63,212 bases of DNA, filler included, from Octopus bimaculoides (GCF_001194135.2; 9 parts of 8 records of this genome joined end to end with filler, not necessarily neighbours in it); one strand, 5' to 3'; shown: positions 1-11,429, numbered from the whole stretch's first letter. Program-made: numbers and translations. The notes: a model not told the origin generated them from the letters alone.

Positions 1-116
1 GTCTCAAAGCGATGAAAATATTTTGACAAATTAAATTTAAATGTTGAAGTGAATCTAACAGTTTTTGTGTGTTATTTTAAATGGCTTATAAACACCTTCC
101 ATGCTGCAATTGTTAT

Positions 117-149
<33 letters not shown>

Positions 150-156
150 CACACAC

Positions 157-187
<31 letters not shown>

Positions 188-301
188 CGCACACACATAT
201 ATGTGTGTGTGTGTGCGTGTGTGTGTAGTGAGAATTTACAAAAAAACAAACGACGAAGATGGGTGTGTAAACAACAAACATGTATATATATATATTACAT
301 A

Positions 302-1711
302 AGAAGGGAGAGAGGAGGTTTTGTTAGGTTCCTCACACGCAATGTGCATAGGTATAAAATCTCCTGGATACAGAACAGTGATGAGGCTGATGGTGTGGGC
401 ATACATCTTGAACCAGAAGGGAACCAGAGGAGAAGCAGAAAAGGTTTGCCAATGTTCTGCGATGTGAAGACCAGAGACTTGAAGTGTTTCTCATTCTAAG
501 ACAGTGTGTGAAAGAAAATCATGATGTCATAGGAGAGAAATGTGTCCACAGGGATGATGGTGCATTTGCACTTGATTCTGCAAAGAAAGAGCCTTGAAAA
601 TGCCATTATGAAAGGCTGCTAAATGTGGAGAATGAATGGGAGAAGGAGAGTCTGCCAAATGATGACCCAACTGAGGGACCAGCTATGCAAATTGACAGTA
701 GCTTGGTAGATAAAGCAATTAAGGATATGAAGACAGGGAAAGCCCCCACATGATCAGGAATCACCACGGAGATACTTAAAATATCTGGTGGAGTAGGATA
801 TAGCCTAGTCATCCATATAGTTAATCAGGTTGTCCATGAGGTAGTCATATCCAATGATTGGTGTAGCAGCATTATAGTCAACTGCTACAAAGGCAAAGGT
901 GTTGCCTTAGACACAAATAATTCCAGAGGCATCAAATTGCTGACAAGGTGATGAAATTCACAGAAAGGGTTATAGCTCAATTAATTAGGAAGTGAGTTAG
1001 TGTAGATGAGGTGCAGTTGGGATTTGTGCCACACATGAGCACGACTGATGCTATATTCCTGGTTAGGCAACTACAGGAGAAATATTTAGACAAAAATAAA
1101 CCTCTGTACCTGGCTTTTGTCAACAAAAAGCAAGCTTTTGACAGAGTCTCCCACCCCCTTATCTAGTGGTCAATATGGAAGCTAAGGATAGATGAGTGGT
1201 TGGTGAGAGTTGAACAAGCTGTGTACAGGGATGCTGTCAGTAAGGTGAAGGTTGGCAACAAGTATAACGAAAAATTCAGGGTACAAGTTGGAGTTCACCA
1301 AGGATCAGTTCTTAGCCCCATCTTGTTCATCATAGTCCTCCAGGCAATAACAGAGGAATTTAGGACAGGCTGCCTCTGAGAGCTCCTCTATGCTGATGAC
1401 CTTGTTCTTATAGCTAAATCACTACCAAAACTAAAAGAAATTTCAGGTGTGGAAGCAAGGTCTAGAATCAAGGGGCATTAGATTTAATCTAGCAAAAACC
1501 AGACAAACCACAAATCCCTTCAGATAGATCACCCTGCACGATCTACAGAAAAAGCATAGGTAGAAACTCCATAAGATGTACCTGGTACAAGCTAGGGGCA
1601 CATAAGAAGTGCAGCAATATCAGAGGAAGGTTAACTGGGAAAATAGTTTTTGTGCATGGAAGGTGCACAGGTACAATAAACACTAAAAATGAACAGAAAA
1701 TAGATTCCATC
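302..1711 (+). mobile_element. RTE-clade non-LTR retrotransposon, 5'-truncated and degenerate (left part, split by the Gypsy insertion)
   Basis: Frameshifted RT: VDKAIKDMKTGKAP, NCYKGKG..RGIKLL, GVHQGSVLSPILF, and LLYADDLVL with YADD at 1389-1400. Confidence 0.9.
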
Positions 1712-1983
1712 TGTTATAAACCCAAACTGGAATATCTAAGTTTAAAAGGTTTTAATCAACTAAAAATAGAGTAATCTACAATACAAACAAAGATTGTTAA
1801 ATTGGAAGCAAAACTAAACTTCAACACAATAACAGCTTTATGCAGCAAGTTGCTACAGTCTCGACTAACTAAAAACTAACACTGAACACGTGCCGTAATC
1901 AGAACAGAACTCTGCGCAGTTGCACTGCAGACAAAGAACAGCAATCGAGACAAAGTGATGTAATCAAAACTAAAATCACAAAA
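1712..1983 (-). repeat. 3' LTR of the Gypsy element, with polypurine tract at about 1984-1995
   Basis: 1971-1983 taaaatcacaaaa matches the opposite element end 4801-4813 taaaatcacaaca (12/13). On the minus strand it is immediately preceded by AGGGGGTAAAAA (PPT-like). Confidence 0.75.
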
Positions 1984-2093
1984 TTTTTACCCCCTAAAAA
2001 AAAACAATTAACCAACAAAATACAAAATACAAACATAACCATGAGCCAATCACAACAACATAATAATGAGGTATTTCATAAGCGTAACATCAA

Positions 2094-3637
2094 TCATAAA
2101 TTTAACCTATCAGGAACTTTTTTTGTTCTGGACGAATGCCAGTGCAAAGTAGTTTGAGATTCTGGTTCTTGCATTAACCAAGTAGGAATGGAAACACCAT
2201 GCATAGAACGTCTAGGAAATTTAAAGAATCTTTCATGCGGGACCTCATTAGTTGCCATGCATAAAAATGAATGTTGCGAATGTAAAACTTCTGGAAGTAC
2301 GACATCCCATTGAGAAACTGGTAAACTTCTGCTATGTAAGGCCAGTTTAATGGAATTCCATATTACTCCATTATACCTTTCACATTGAGCATTTCCACGA
2401 GGATTGTACACAGCAGAATGAGTAATCGCTATACCCCTATCATACAGAAATTAAGTTCTTTAGATACAAAACATTTAGCATTATCACTATGAATAACAGC
2501 AGGAAATCCGAAAAGATTAAACAAAACCTTCAAATTATTAATAACGGAATGAGTACTAGTATCAGTACATGGGAAAATAAACAAAATCCATGAATACTCA
2601 TCCACAACAGTTAAAAAATACTGGTTCTTTGACACTGAAGGTCGGGGTCCTTTAAAATCAACACTCAATATTTCAAAAGCTTGAGAAGATTTAATTACTG
2701 ATGAAACAGAGGTTTTAGTAAAGCAACATATTTCACAATCGTTAGTCATACACTTTACATCATCTACATAGTATGGCAAATTCTTAACTTTAATATAATG
2801 AAACAATCATGTGATCCCAGGATGACACAGCGCTACACGAACACAGTACAGTTCATTATCTGTCGTAGCTGCGCAATAAATATGCGATAAAGCATCAGAT
2901 CCAACATTAAACTTGCCTTGGCAGTAAATGATATCAAATTTTATACTGGGCTAGTTCGATTTGCCAACGCAGTATCTTTTCGTTTTTAGGTTTACTATAC
3001 TTTTGAGAATTACACATAAAAGCAACACTGCTTTCATCAGTTATTAGTGCAAAGTTACGTCCAAGAAGAAAATGAGACCATTTTCTCACAGATTTCACAA
3101 TCGCTGTCACCTCTTTTTCAATACAAGAATAACAACGCTCTCTTGGGTTGAGGGTTCTTGAAAAAAATGCAACTGGCTTTCCATTTTGGTGTAAAATGCC
3201 AGATATAGCTACCTCTGATGCGTCTGTTTCTGTTGAGAAAGGAAGGCTTTCGTCAATCACTTTTAAGGTAGCATTTGCTAAATCATCTCAAAGATTTAAA
3301 CTTGACAAGCCTTGTTCACTGAAAGGAAAATATTTAGTATCAACCAATGGTTTTATCTTGTCAGAGAAATCTGGAATCCATTTGGAATAATATACAAATA
3401 GACCAACAATTCAACTCAATGCTTTGTGGGTACTAGGAATAGTTAGTGCTAGAAAGGGTTTTACCCGGTCAGGGTCAGGTTTCAAGTTACCATTTTGAAT
3501 TTCATAGCCAAGCAATCGAATCAGTGTAGTGCTACAAATGCATTTGGCATCATTAAAAGTTAAATTACAGACTTTAGCAACTTGAAGAAAATGTTTTAAA
3601 TTTTGATCATGTTCTTCATTTGATTTACCACACACAG

Positions 3638-3668
<31 letters not shown>

Positions 3669-4595
3669 TGTGTTTCAGCCAAGTGGCTGCGGTCATGCTG
3701 GTGCACCACCGTGATATGTTGTTGATATATGCAAAAGTTTAAAAGCTCTACAATTATGGCTCTCAATTATATTATTGATCACTCTCCGGAAACAGGGCAC
3801 TGCATTTGTAAGTCCAAAAGCAATACGTTTGCTTTGGTACAATTTTCCCTGTGCTTCGAAAGCAGTGTAAGGTCGGTCTTCAACTGGAATCTCAACTTGA
3901 TGATATGCACTTTTGAGATCCAGTGTGCTAAAATAATTAAACTGAGCTATTTTTGTGACCATGTCATGCATATTTGGCAGCGGATATCCATCTAATTGTG
4001 TAAACTTATTTATAGTCGCACTATAATCAATACACAGTCTCTTGTGATGATTTTTTCCTAATATTACCAATACCTGGGCTCGCCAAGGAGAAATACTGGG
4101 TTCAATTACCCCTTCTGCCAAATCTCAGCTTATAGTATCAGCAATAAATTTTTCATTATTGGCAGACTGTCTTCTTGATTTTGTAACTATGGCTTTACAG
4201 TCAGAGTTTAAATTTTCAAACAACCTTGGTGTAATGTCACTTTTAATGCAATTTAGAGCTCCCAAATGTAATGGGGGCTTGTCGCCGTCAAAGGTAATTT
4301 GTACATGTTGATGCTGTTTTAAGAAATTTTGCCCTAAAATTATATCTACAAACAAATTATCAAGTACCACCAGCTTTACTTGCTCATAAATTCTTCTCTG
4401 AAGTTCAAATGAACCCATACAATAACCGTTGCTTTGGGAACGATTTCCATTGACAGCCATGTTAATTTCATTCCTCTTAGACTTCACCACCAATTTGTTT
4501 TTTTTTTTTTACAAAGTCTTTGCTAATATGATTCATAGCAGAGCCGGTATCAATCAAAGCAAATGCTTTCACACCATCGACTGTTATTGTATAAT
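2094..4595 (-). pseudogene. Gypsy pol pseudogene (PR-RT-RH-INT) with frameshifts and stops
   Basis: ORF pieces 4125-4493, 3693-4121, 3411-3635, 2934-3260, 2429-2806 and 2094-2411 carry successive pol motifs. Confidence 0.9.
3640..3711 (-). mobile_element. 3' tail fragment of a SINE with a (TAAA)n tail, inserted in the Gypsy RT
   Basis: Minus strand ggtggtgcaccagcatgaccgcagccacttggctgaaaca resembles the SINE 3' end ggcggtgctccagcatggccgcagtcaaatgactgaaaca seen at about 39436-39475 and 56498-56540. Confidence 0.7.
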
Positions 4596-4818
4596 TAACT
4601 TTAGTAGCAGCACACGGCTTTCGAAGCACAGGGAAAATTCTATGAAAGCAAACGTATTGCTTTCAGACTTACAAATGCAGTGCCCTGTTTCCAGAGAGTG
4701 ATTGATAATATAATCAAGAGCCATACTTGTAGAGCTACTTTTGCATATATCAACAACATGACTGTGTGTGGTAAATCGAAGGAAGAACAAGATCAAAATT
4801 TAAAATCACAACATCATC

Positions 4819-5778
4819 AAATGTCAAGGGGGATACCTCGAAGTAGTTAATAGCTTCCGTTAATAGTGGAGGTGGATACTCCGAGAGCGTAGCTGCTAGA
4901 ATAAGAATAGCGTGGGTAAAGTTCAGAGGGCTCTTAGCTCTACTGGTAACAAAAGGCCTCTCCCTCAGAGTGAAACACAGATAGTATATGCCTGTGTGTG
5001 AACAGCTATGCTACATGGCAGTGAAACATGGGTTGTGACCACCAAGGACATGCATAGGCTTGAAAGAAATGAAGCTAGTATGCTTTGCTGAATGTGCAAT
5101 GTCAGCTTGCATGTATGACAGAGTGTAGGCATCTTGAGAGAAAAGTTGGGCATAAGAGGCATCCAATGCAGTGTGCTAGAGAGACGACTGCACTGGTATG
5201 GTCATATGATGCTTACAGATAAGGACAGATGTGTAAAGAAGTGCCAGTCTCTAACTGTGGGGGGAAACTGTGGAAGGGGTAGACCCAGGAAGATATAGGA
5301 TGAGTAAGACATAGGACAAATTTTGGGCCTCGTGGAGAGAAAAGTAACCGAGACCTTTGGCAATATGCCTCACTCAAGAAGACCTGTCAAGCCAAGTGAA
5401 ATCATAGTCATGGCCAATGCTGGTGTCATGTAATTAGCACCCATGCCAGTGGAATGTAAGAGGCATCTTTCTGACATTGGGTCTCGTGGAGGCAATGATA
5501 AGTAACTGAGACCTTTGGCGATATGCTGTAGTTGAGAAGACCCATCAAGCCAAGTGACATCATAGTTGTGGCTGTCATGTAACTAGCACCTATGCCAGTG
5601 GCACATAAAAAGCACCCCTTTACACTCTTGGAGTGGTTAATGTTAGGAAGGGCACCCAACTGTAGAAACCATGCCAATTCTGATTGGAACTTGGTGCAGC
5701 CCTCCTGCTTACCAGTGTCAGTTTAACCCATGCTAACATGTAAAGAAGATGCTAAATGATGATGATGATGATAATGAT
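4819..5778 (+). mobile_element. RTE LINE right part: ORF2 C-terminus, 3' UTR and (GAT)n tail
   Basis: Resumes the LINE after the insertion (EVVNSFR..SGGGYSESVAARIRIAWVKFR; MLHGSETW; RGRPRK). Repeated 3' UTR modules follow, then an (ATG/GAT)n tail at about 5757-5778. Confidence 0.85.
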
Positions 5779-6898
5779 ATAGTGGTAAGAAACTCTCAAG
5801 GGAGCTGAAAAGCAGAAAGTTTTCATAGAAGAACCCCGTCCTCACCTCATGCAAGTGTTTTGGCCCTTATATTCAAAGAGGGCCAAGCTGCATCCTGGTC
5901 ATGATTCTTGGGTGCCCTTCTGCTGATGCTTTTTAGTCAATTGGATATCAGAGACTTGTGCATTTAAACCACCTGGAGATTTCATCTGGTTGTAACTCCT
6001 CTCCTTTGACTCAGCTTTCAAATTTATACTTTAAGAAATAATGTTGGTTCTCATGGTAACAGCGAAACGCCACCGCTATCACATCATCATCATTTAGAGT
6101 TACTTACCTTAGCTTTAAAACACAAAAATGTTACCTTCAAATGGCATGGAGGTCGTTTTTGTTCCTCCTCGATCAGATCTAACTGGAACATCTCTCCACT
6201 TTCTCTAGTATTACCATTTGGGCTTTGCTCCTAGAGACTCAGAATTATTTCATTAGATTGTAAGCAGATTTGCCCACAAAACCACTGGTTCCAACCTCTG
6301 TGGTGAGAACCTTAACCTAGATCTTGTCAATGATATGTATTCACTTGCCACATGTTTAAATGAAATCTCTCCCTTCTGATGTATAAGAAACATAAAATAA
6401 TATTATCACTGATACTGCAAATAGTCATTAGGCTGAATAAAACCTGATATGTGCAATTAAAACAGCATTAAATTAAAATAACCATTTATATATCATATTT
6501 AATGTAAATATACCATTGAGAGGTATGATGCTATGGATTTTCATCTGAGAAAAAAATCTCTTCATAGACATGTTGTGTTAATAACACAATATATATTGGA
6601 GCAAGATTTTTAAAAAATCACTCTGAGAATGCTAGATAGATTTCAGCCTTATCAATTACATGTACTGGTTAGTCACATACCAAGAAATTTGTGTCCTCTG
6701 ATACATGGAAAAAAGTGAATAATACTTTCAGTGATATTGCAAATAAATACAGGTTTAATAAAAACTCAGTGTATGCAACTGAAACAGCATTAAATTAAAA
6801 TAGCCACCTATGTATCATACTTAATCTATATACACCACAGAGAGGCATAATGTTGTGGATTTTCATCCATGTGATAATTTCTTCATAGACTTGCTCTA

Positions 6899-7125
6899 CA
6901 GTAAATCCCTGCCCATATAGGTGAACCATGGTTCACCTATTGTAGTTTATTATTTAAGCTTATGTTGATTCCTCTATGGTGTTGTTTTGCATTTATAATA
7001 AAATAAATATATACAAATTACAAAAATAATTTTAAAAAATATACAGTACTGTTTCTAATTCACAAATTTTCACCTATCGAGTGGGGTTTTAGAACATAAC
7101 ACCTATGATAGTTGAGGGATTACTG
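6899..7125. mobile_element. Tc1/mariner-superfamily (pogo/Tigger-like) MITE
   Basis: TIRs CAGTAAATCCCT (6899) and AGGGATTACTG (to 7125); flanked by TA and CA (probably a mutated TA); 227 bp; no ORF. Confidence 0.6.
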
Positions 7126-7827
7126 CATTAAAAACAGTATATAATTTACAATATCAGTGGAACTACTTTGACATGCTGCAACCTAATAACCAGAAAGCAC
7201 TATCCTTACAGAAGAGTAATGAGGTACTGTAATGCATAAACATAAATTCAAACACCCATCATCCATAATCAAAAACCACATTAGCAAATTAGCAACAGAG
7301 TTTTGAAAATTTTGTATGATAAAGAAATCTTCAACCAAGCTGCAACACACTATAATGAAGTTATCAAGTGGATTTAATGAAGAGCTGCAATAAATAAAAG
7401 CAAAACAAACACAAAATAAAAGAAACCCAGTAGAAGAAACATGAACCCACACTTCAACCTGAATGTAGCAACAAATGTAATACACAGCTTTCTAACACTA
7501 ATCAACAAAAACTTCCCAACTGAACATGAATACCACAAATTATTCAAAAGAAACAAGTCAGCAACAGCAGCACAAAAAACAAAAGCATCATATTTTTACT
7601 TATTACCATGTTTTGAGACAATATTATTTTGCCTTTCATCCTTTCATGGTTGATAAAAGAAGTACCAGTTGAGCATTGGGTTCAATGTAATTAACAAGAT
7701 CCTCCCACTAAATTTCAGCCCTTGTGCATAGAGTAGAAAACAATATTATTTTGTAGTGTCACACTTTAGTATTCTGCTTCAAAATTAAACAAAACTATAT
7801 AAAATAGAGAAGGAAAATTTAGCTCAC

Positions 7828-7916
7828 CTCATTGGCTGGGTTCTCAATGCAGTTTTCAGGTTTTCAACCAATTTACTTCGAGAAGCTTCATGTTCATCAT
7901 TGAACTGAATGCATAC
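7828..7916 (-). CDS. DAAM: DAAM formin coding exon 4
   Basis: 89 nt, VCIQFNDEHEASRSKLVENLKTALRTQPM+AG, containing the DAAM signature LKTALRT(Q/K)PMR. Acceptor ctttttgcttAG at 7918-7917; donor GTGAGC at 7827; ends in phase 2. The next expected exon (FVTRF-like) was not found in 1-7827. Confidence 0.95.
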
Positions 7917-8876
7917 CTAAGCAAAAAGAATAAATACTATTTAAAATTTTTAGCACATACAATCAGTAAACTATAGCAAAAACAAAAACCTCACTATCTG
8001 TTCATCACATATAAATGGTCTAGTCAACACAACTTATGATGGCAAGAACCAGCAAGCCAGACTGCACAGAAAGCTGTTTATCTTATTTCATACATTCATA
8101 CTACAGCAGTATATACAATACTGTTAAAAATTGCATAAATAATTACTTTTGATGAAGTAATAACAAAGTTGAGTCTGATATAATTTAGGATAGATATAAT
8201 AAATTAATTCTGAAACCAAACTGATGTAATTTAACAACTATGTGAAGAAAAATAATAACCTTTATTGGGTGCTGATCTTGTGAGATTGAGATTAAGTATG
8301 AATTACAACAGTTATATGAAATCAGCTAATAAGCCATCACTGAAATCTTACTTGATCTTCAAATATGATAGAGAGCAATTCAGCAAGGCAACTGTGGTAA
8401 AAGGCAAAAGTGAAATGTGATAATTCCAGTCAATATCTGAAAACAAATTATAAGCCCTGCTTCTCAGGAAGCCATCACTATTCTATGATACTTGTACACT
8501 TGTATCAATACAAGATGTGTTGATAATGTGGTAGTTTAATAACAGTTTGCAATTATAACTGAAATTACCAGAAATTATTAATGCTGTAAAACTGAAATAC
8601 TTCTCATGTTTCTAATTTGCTTGACAGCACAAACCCCCAGCTTTATAAAATAAGGCATTAGAACATTTCTAGAAGTTCAGTGGTGTCATAAAGAAGAAAT
8701 AGGTAGAGAAATTAATACTTTTAGTCCAAAGTCTAAGTGAAATTTTGTACTGGACTTAATGAGGCACTATGGTTAGGTGTTTACAGTGTTGGGCTACCAA
8801 CCATATTGTCATGAACAGAAAACTTAATTTTGTTTTGAGTCCTGAACAAGAAACATTACTTTGTCTTATATAACAA

Positions 8877-10160
8877 TGAGGGTCAGCTGACAAGTTCAAA
8901 GGCTGACTAAGATATGATCATAGAAAATGACAAAATGAGGTTTATTTTTGAACATAGTTACCCTTGTGGTCAACACACTTCTTCCATCAATGTCACAGTG
9001 TTTGGATCCCATTGCTAAAGAAGCTTTCATTCTGTTAGTCAAAAAAGTTATCAATAGCATGTCATCATTGCAATACTGGTTCCCAGCCAAATGTTTTTAC
9101 ATGTTATGGAACAGATGATAATCAGATGGGGCCAAATCAGAAGGACAGAGAGGGTGATCAACTAGTTCAAAGCCACAGTCATGCACAGCAGCTATTGAAA
9201 CCATATCATAGCAATACTGGTTCCCGGCCAAATGTTTTTACTTATTATGGAACAGATGATAACCAGATGGGGCCAAATCAGAGAGGGTGATCATTTAGTT
9301 CAAAGCCACAGTCATGCACAGCAGCCTTTGAAACCATGGACTTGTGCACAGGAGCATTGTCCTGATGGAACAAGACTCCTTTTGTCAGTGTTCCAGGGCA
9401 TTTGGTCTTGATAGCCTTTTGTAACTGCCTCACAGAATTGGCATAGTATTCTTCATTGATGGTGTGGCCCTTTTGAAGATAGTCAATAATCACAATGCCT
9501 AATTAATAATCACAATACCTTTTGCATGATAAAATACTGAGGCCATAGCCTTCTCAGCAGATGAGGAGGGGTGTTTCTATTGCATGGATTGTCTCTTTAT
9601 CTCTGGCTGAAACTTGTGATACCAACACTCATCCTCAGTTAGGAAATATTTAAGGAAACCAGTTGGACCTGCTTCAAACAATTTCAGATTTTCATGTGAT
9701 GTGATCAGCCTGGTGCACTTTTGATCAGTCGTCAGAAGATGTAGCACCCATGGAGCAGAAACTTTGTCATGCCAAGATCATTGCCCAGAGTACTCTCAAC
9801 TCGCTCTCACGAGATATGCTAATAGCATTGGCTATTTGATTTATAGTCAATCGCCTATCATTCATTACCATGTGAGGAACAGGATCAATGTTTTCCTTCG
9901 TCGTGGCAGTTGCAGGACATTCAGACCTTGTGTCATCTTCAAGACTCCATTCCTCTGCTAAATTCAGCTGTCTACTTTTGCAATGTTGATAAAGTTGGAG
10001 CATCACCTCTAATGTAGCAGCCATGTCAGCACAAATGTCCTTAGGGATTAAACCCTTTTTCTGCAGGTACTTGATAACACCATGAAACAAAAGTTGACCA
10101 TTTTCTAGAGAAGTTACTACTATTACTTTTGAAGTTTTTTAAACAGTCAGATGTCAGTTT
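8877..10160 (-). mobile_element. Mariner transposon relic, family A
   Basis: Transposase fragments IDYLQKGHTINEEYY..VLFHQDNAPVH (9278-9493) and an N-terminal HTH segment (9767-10090). TIR-like tgagggtcagctgacaagttc at 8877. The right boundary is approximate. Confidence 0.85.
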
Positions 10161-10178
10161 ACATGAATTGTGTATGTA

Positions 10179-11428
10179 CAAGGGGTGTTCATTAAAGATT
10201 TCCTCTGGCCCACTTGCCAAAGATTGGGATAAATGAAACTTGGCATAATTATTAGTGCTTCTCTACATAACTACCACCAATGGTGACACACTTCTCCCAT
10301 TGTTTATGCAACTGTGAAGACCTCGTCTGTAGAAGTTGGTAGATTGCGTCTGGAGTCAAGACTTTACCTCAGAAATCAGTTCATCATCATCTGAAAAGTG
10401 CTTCCCTTTCAAAAAAGACTTCATGGTTGGAAAGAGGTGGAAGTCAGATGGTGCGTGGTCAGGAGAGTAAGGGGGATGAAGAAGGATTTCATAGTTGCAG
10501 GAGTGTGCTTCTATCTGGGCAACACATACATTGTGAACTAAGGCATTGTCTTGGAGGAGGCAGACTCCTTTGGTCAGCATGCCATGCCACACCTTTCTGC
10601 TTTGATGGCATCATGCAATTTCTGCAGCAGAGAAGCGTAATATGCCCCATTATTTGTGGTGCCATTTGCTAGAAAATCCATCATTACTACTCTGCGCTGA
10701 TCCCAAAAATCTGTGAGCATCACTTTGTCTGCTGAGGGTTGGACACAAGCCTTCTTTGGAGGTGGTGAGTTATGCTGCCATTGCTTCAGCTGGACTTTAA
10801 TCTCAGGATCATAGTGATGGACTCGTGTATCATCGCGTGTGATAAGTCTACCAAAAAAGTCCTCCTCGTTTTCTTGACACATTGCCAAAAGAGCCTGGGA
10901 ACAACTGACTTGTTCCTGCTTCTGAAAAGGTGTGAACATCCAGGGAATCCATCATGCAGTGGATTCTACATGTGCAAATGGTTGTGAATGAATTTTTTCC
11001 ATGGATCCTACACTTATCTTTACTTCTTGGGCTAGTTGCTGAATAGTTATGTGGTAATCCTCCAAAATGGCAGCATCCACTTTATGGATGGTGTCATCAT
11101 CAATGGTGGAATGTGGTTGTCCAAGAATAAGAGCAGCTTCCGCTGATGTCCGACCACATTTGAACTGGCAATGCCAGTGCATTGCTATGTTGCATGATGG
11201 TGCATCATTACCATTAACTTCTTTCATCTCATTGAATGTCTCTTTTGGTGTATGACCTTTCATGCATTCAACCTTAGTCCACTTCAGCATCCATAAAAGA
11301 CAAACAAATACTAGTGGAAAGTTTCAATTTACAATGTGATATGTAAAAACATGTATGATTCCACCTATACAAGTTCTGTTTCCTGCAATAACCGGAAGTG
11401 GATCAGGGAAAATCTTTAACACCCCTTG
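10179..11428 (-). mobile_element. Mariner transposon, family B, near full length (about 1.25 kb) but frameshifted
   Basis: TIRs caaggggtgttcattaaagattt / aaatctttaacaccccttg, with TA at 10177-10178. Three ORF pieces give an HTH region, ITRDDTRVHHYDPE, LLQDNA and HPPYSPDHAPSDFHLF (D,D34D type). Confidence 0.93.
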
Positions 11429-11429
11429 T

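Larger units (their letters stand above)
1712..4813 (-). mobile_element. Ty3/Gypsy LTR retrotransposon, rearranged and defective
   Basis: Domain order on the minus strand is protease (ALIDTGS, DTG at 4551-4543), RT (SPWRAQV, FSTLDLKSAYHQV), RNase H (TDASEVAISGIL, YSCIEKE), integrase (LCHPGIT; VDFKGP, HSDNA, QCERYNG). Ends are TG..CA, with a near-TSD ccatc (1707-1711) / tcatc (4814-4818). Confidence 0.93.

Noticed and set aside
55-302. Short ORFs rich in YI/HT/CV/LSIY here and throughout the window
   Set aside because: Translations of (TA)n, (CA)n and (GATA)n repeats.
1-7827. Next constitutive DAAM exon (FVTRF-like)
   Set aside because: No matching minus-strand peptide with splice sites was found; it is presumed to lie left of the window.
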